Assembly (NCBI RefSeq): GCF_009914755.1
Contig: NC_060938.1
From: the human T2T-CHM13v2.0 reference genome, Homo sapiens
Direction: 5' to 3' (one strand)
Length of the DNA stretch: 64,000 nt
This document shows, one piece after another, positions 57,652-64,000 of the stretch. Position 1 is the first letter of the stretch, and every line of letters begins with the position of its first letter. A program made the translations under genes and the position numbers. The notes under the pieces are model-generated. The model was not told the origin of the DNA, did no database searches, and was given only the letters and a program-made list of their open reading frames with translations.

Positions 57652-57940
57652 GGCTGGGTGCAGTGGCTCACGCCTGTTATCCCAGCACTTTGGGAGGTTG
57701 AGGTAGACAGATCACTTGACCCCAGGAGTTCGAGACCAGCCTGAGCAACATAGACCCTCTCTCTACAAAAAAAAGCTCTAAAAATTAGCTGGGCATGATG
57801 GCATGAGCCTGTACTCCCAGCTACTCAGGAGGCTGAGGTGGGAGAATCCCTTGAGCCAGGGAAGTGGAGGTTGCTGTGAGCTAGGATCATACCCTTGCAT
57901 TCCAGTCTGGGTGATGGAGGGAGATCCTATCTCAAAAAAC
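57652..57940 (+). mobile_element. AluJ
   Basis: Diverged dimer. Confidence 0.88.
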
Positions 57941-58154
57941 TGAAGGAGTGTGATCTAAACAATGTGTAGTGTTTCCACTGAAGCACAGATGTTTTCCCTG
58001 TGATTTGTAGTGATTGGCATTTTCAAACTGCAGATTGCTGTCTATATTAACTTGACAGTTTGTAATAACTGCTTGAGATTAGCAGTTTGTCTTTCTTCAG
58101 TTTAGTTAATTGTCATATTTAGCTCCTCTCTGTAATATGAGAAAGTAATGAGAA

Positions 58155-58450
<296 letters not shown>

Positions 58451-58649
58451 ATGAGAGCTCTTAAATAGAATTTCCATCTATAAAAAGTAGGTACTGTCAG
58501 TATTCCCCTCACATAGGTTTATGAAGAAGTCATTTTAAAAAAAGAACCCCTGTAATCGATCAGGGACCCCATCTGCCTTCTCTGTGGGCCTAGGATAAAT
58601 TCTTTTGATTGTTTATGTCTATTTGGTGTAAAAAGATCTGTAGTTAAAA

Positions 58650-60410
58650 TATACCGTTGCATTATCCATAATAGCCAAAAGGTGGAAGCAAGCCAAGTGT
58701 CTATCTGCAAATGAATAAACAAAATATGGTATATACACACTATATGCAGTAGAATACTATTCAGGCTTACAGAGAAAGGCAATTCTGACACATGCTACAC
58801 CATGGATGAACATGGAAGACATTATGCCACGTGAAATAAACCAGTCACCAAAGAACAAGTATTTTATGTGATCAGCTTCTTGATAATCTCCAAAATAGCC
58901 ACCTTAGCTTATTGAATGTTTGAAGCTGAAGGAATCTCAGAAATGATAGGAAGGACACTCTGACCTTCCCACCCTCTTCTCTGATGCAGGCCACAAGGCC
59001 CTTGGGTGAGAGATGCCGTCTCTGTCCCTGGAGGAAGGAGCATCCTTCTCTCTGAAGATAACGCTGAGAGGAATCTGAATGATAGGTCCTGCTGTTCCTC
59101 CCAGTTTACTACACGTAGCTCCTACCCCTTTTTTTCCTCTTGCAATTTTCTGCTTCTCTCCACTTTTTATCAAACTGTTAAAAATGATGGGAGGCCATTC
59201 TTTTGGGCTGAGCTCCTGCACTAGCCTTCAACAGATCAGACCAAACCAAAATGGAATTACTTATGCTAAATGCTGTGTCATCAAACTGAAACTTTAAGGA
59301 AGTAGTTCCCCAAACAGACCAGTTTTTCTTGAAAACATGAGATTCCAGTCTACTTGAATCAGTGGAAGAAGGAAGTCCCCTCTGCTTTAACCATTACAAA
59401 AAAGTAACTGAAGTAGCTTGATGTTAACCAATCAGGTTTTTCTATTCTGTTTCCTTGTTGCTACCTCATAAAACCTGTGGTTCTGCTATTGCCCAGTGGG
59501 AACTCTCATTCTGTTTTGTAGAGTGAAAGGTGCCCAGATTCATGAATCATGAATAAAAGCCAATTAAATCTATAAATTTGTTGTAGTCCTCTGATAAACT
59601 TAATATAAAACCTAATTTGTTGTAATTTAGTCTTTTGACAAACCTAATAAAAAAGACATAGGTTTAACTGTTTCTTCAGGTCTTTATTTCCTTACAAAGA
59701 CTCCTAGTTATATCAAGTTACTTCCAGAAAAGTCCATTTTTTCTGTGTCATATAAAACTTATGTTAAGTAAATGTGTATGCTTTTCTCTTGTTAATCTGT
59801 CTTTTGGTACAAGAGCCCCAGCCAAGAAATTAGAAGGGTGGAGGAAAAATATTTTTCCTCCCTTATATATGATTCCACTTATATGAGATACCTAGATCAG
59901 TAAAATTCATAGAAACAAAGTAGAATGATAGTCAGGCTCAGTGGCTCATTCCTGTAATCCCAACATCTTGGAAGGATAAGGCGGGAGGATCACTTCAGCC
60001 CAAGAGTTCAAGACCAGGCTAGACAACATAGTGAGACCTCATCTCTACTTTAAAAAGAAAAGTCAGGTGTGGTGGAACATAGCTATAGTCCCAACTACTG
60101 GGGAGGCTGAAGTGGGTTGGATCACTCGAATCTGGGAGTTCAAGCTTTCAGTGAACTATGATCATGCCACTGTACTCCAACCTGGGCGACAGAGTAAGAC
60201 CCTGTCAGAAAAAAGCAAAAAAAAAAAAAAAAAAGTTAGTTTGGTGGTTGCCAGAGGCTGGGGTAGAGAGGAATGAAGGCTTATTGCTTACTGGGTGCAG
60301 AGTTTCACTTCGGGATGATAAGAATGTTCTGGAGATGGATGGTGGTGATGGTTGTACAACAACATGAATGCACTTAATGCCGATAACTGCACACTTAAGA
60401 CTGGTTAAAA
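58650..60410 (+). mobile_element. L1MB 3' end, split by ERV LTRs and an AluJ (59,934-60,235)
   Basis: gcattatccataatagccaaaaggtggaagcaa...; resumes tatgattccacttatatgag...ggagatggatggtggtgatggttgtacaacaacatgaatgcacttaatgcc. Confidence 0.8.
58895..59863 (+). mobile_element. ERV1-class solo LTR (MER39/MER4-group-like) containing a second nested LTR (MER57-like, ~59,176-59,640)
   Basis: Inner element runs TGtt...tgaCA with aataaa signal; outer ends agaagggtggaggaaaaatatttttcctccct. Confidence 0.6.
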
Positions 60411-60412
60411 TC

Positions 60413-60717
60413 GGGCTGGGCACGGTGGCTCACACCTGTAATCCCAGCACTTTGGGAGGCTGAAGCAGGCAGATCACAAGGTCAAGAGATAGAGACCATC
60501 CTGGCCAACATGGTGAAACCCCGTCTCTACTAAAAATACAAAAATTCACTAAGTGTAGCGACAGGTGCCTGTAATCCCAGCTACTTAGGAGGCTGAGGCA
60601 GGAGAATCCTTGAACCTGGGAGGCAGAGTTTGCAGTAAGCCAAGACCGCGCCACTACTGCACTCCAGTCTGGTGACAGAGCAAGCCTCCATCTCAAAAAA
60701 AAAAAAAATAAAATAAA

Positions 60718-60718
<1 letters not shown>
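60413..60718 (+). mobile_element. AluS followed by (TA)n/(TACA)n tract to ~60,790
   Basis: Full dimer plus AT microsatellite. Confidence 0.9.
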
Positions 60719-60748
<30 letters not shown>

Positions 60749-60791
60749 TATATACATATATATACATTTATATGTATATATATGTATATTG

Positions 60792-62038
<1,247 letters not shown>

Positions 62039-62255
62039 CCAAATAGGTGTGTAACCTTCTTGTTTCTGCCTATAATAATTCTGGAGTCTTTAAACAAAAC
62101 GACTGTGACTTTTCATGATGAGTAGAAGATAGGTTTTACTCATGCTACAATCAATATTAATTCCTTGCAGTTCAAAGACACTGAGGCCCTGTCTAATAAT
62201 ATAGAAGTTGAACTTGGACTTGGGAGATGACTCCTGCCTCTCATGCTCTCTGTGG
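62039..62255 (+). repeat. Third copy of the 47,750-47,965 module
   Basis: ttttcatgatgagtagaagatagg...ttccttgcagttcaaagacactgagg...ctctctgtg. Confidence 0.85.
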
Positions 62256-63169
62256 CTCTGCTTTCTATTATTTTACTCATAAGCTTGTTTTGTCTCCTTG
62301 CTGAGAATTGTCAAACATGAAATGTAATTTCAGGCTATAGTGAAGAAAGATGACATAGGCAGAAGAAATTGGCAATCATTTGGCCTGTACATGTGGCTTT
62401 TTGTTTTTTTTCTGAACTTAGGATATAGACCACACCTTGACATTTCTGGCCTTTGAGTCTTTCACAACTGTTATTATAATACATTAGCTCTTCTAGAAGT
62501 TAGAAGTGACTTTGGATTAATTCTTTCATAAGGTGGCTAAATGAATTTATATAGCTCATCATAATTCACTAGATTGGTTAAGCGGGAAATTTACAGAGAT
62601 TTTTTTCTTTGCTGTAAATGTTTTTCTACATTGAAAAACTTCTAATACTGTCTTCTGTAGTAGACCTAGAAATAAGTGCAAGTGATTGTTTTTGGCAGGA
62701 GGCCACGTAACCTTTTCTGCTTCTCTGTGCCTTACGGGTAGCATTGATATAAATTGTTAAAAATAATGATTGTAGATAGATAATGTTTCAGAGTTTGGGC
62801 TCAGCCGCGGTAGCTGCTGTTGACCCAGAGGGACCACTGGGATCCTCACATCTCAGGGCAGCACATCGTTTGAAGCAATGGTTGGTTCTACACAACCATT
62901 TATGAAATTAGGTGAGGCCCTTGCTTAGAATTTTTTAAAAGCTTAATATGAGTTTATATCTCTTTAAATATCAGTTTCTAATATTTTTTAAAGGCCTATG
63001 TTTACAACAAATTTGGGAGATACCTATATGCAGTACTAACTAGTGTTCTTTTGTGGTGCTTTAGAAATTCTGGCTTACTTGTATTTTTGCTGGCCTTCTA
63101 ATGATTTCACTCATCAATCAGAAGATACTTGTGTCCACCTCCCTGCTTCCTCTCCGGTGATCTTGTCTA

Positions 63170-64000
63170 TCCTTGCCATTTTAGAGTTGACTTAGCAGCC
63201 TTCACAAAACTGATTGGAATTTCCACTGGGATTAAATTGATAGGTCATTTTTGGGAGACTTTTGCAATATTGAACTTTTCAATCCGTGAACTTTACTTAT
63301 CTGCCCATTTATTATGTTTGTTTTTGGTAGATTACAAAATTATATGATCACTCCAAAAATTACCTTGCCCTTTATAGTAAAGCCTTCCATTGTAAATTCT
63401 GGCAATCACTGATCTGTGTTCCTCTAGCATTGCTTTTTTTCAGAATTTTATACAAATGGAATCGTTCAGTATGTAGCCTTTTGAGTCTGGCTACTTTCAT
63501 GTACTGTATCAACAGTTATTCCTCATTATTGCCAAATAGTAATCCATTGTATAAATACTACATGGTTTGCTTATTGGTTTGTCATTGGAGGAATATGGAC
63601 TATTTTCACTTTTTGGTAAACTATAAGTGGATTGGAATTCACAAAGTGCTTTTTGTCTGAGCATAGGTTTTCATTTCACTTGTGCAAATGCCTAAGGGTA
63701 GGATTGCCGAGTCACATGTACGTTTGACTTTATCAGAACCTGCCAAATTGTCTTCCAAAGTGCTGTGCCACTTCTGTTTCTTTAATAAATACAGGGGTAT
63801 TCAAGCTGTCTGTTTCTTCTTGAGTTTTGGTAGTCTGTCTTTCAAGGAATTTTTCTATTTCACCTAATTTGTAGAATTTAGAAGCACATACTTGTTTGTT
63901 TTGTTTTTGTAGTATCCATTATAGCCTTCTAGTGTCTACAGGATTTGTAATAATATTCCTTTCATTTCTGGTATTGGCAATTTGTGTTTTCTCTTCTTCC
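63170..64000 (-). mobile_element. Old L1M/L1ME fragments
   Basis: ctggcaatcactgatctg...ttatacaaatggaatc...cctaagggtaggattgccgagtc. Confidence 0.65.

Overview
Human or great-ape pericentromeric/acrocentric-type DNA in two parts. (1) 1-~26,997 is a diverged human satellite 3 (HSat3, (CATTC)n) array. It contains an internal ~5.74 kb strand-inverted block (10,541-16,284) whose two junctions both sit on fold-back hairpins, and it shows an imperfect ~3.3-3.55 kb higher-order periodicity. (2) ~26,998-64,000 is Alu/L1/L2/LTR-rich euchromatic-type sequence that I recognise from memory (no alignment run) as a paralogous copy of the 10q26 DHX32/FANK1 head-to-head promoter region. It has a CpG island with an intact FANK1-like exon 1 (ATG GAG CCC CAG A|GTAAGG), an RFX X-box, antisense splice donors and a U2 snRNA retro-fragment, followed by intron-1-like sequence. 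The DHX32-facing side is truncated and fused to the satellite. The intron-like part holds a nested set of inverted and direct duplications (46.4-49.4 kb and 60.8-62.3 kb) and an Alu-L1 chimera. No complete protein-coding gene is present; the supplied ORFs are satellite, Alu or GC-rich artefacts. Repeat subfamily calls, repeat boundaries and percent identities were judged by eye.
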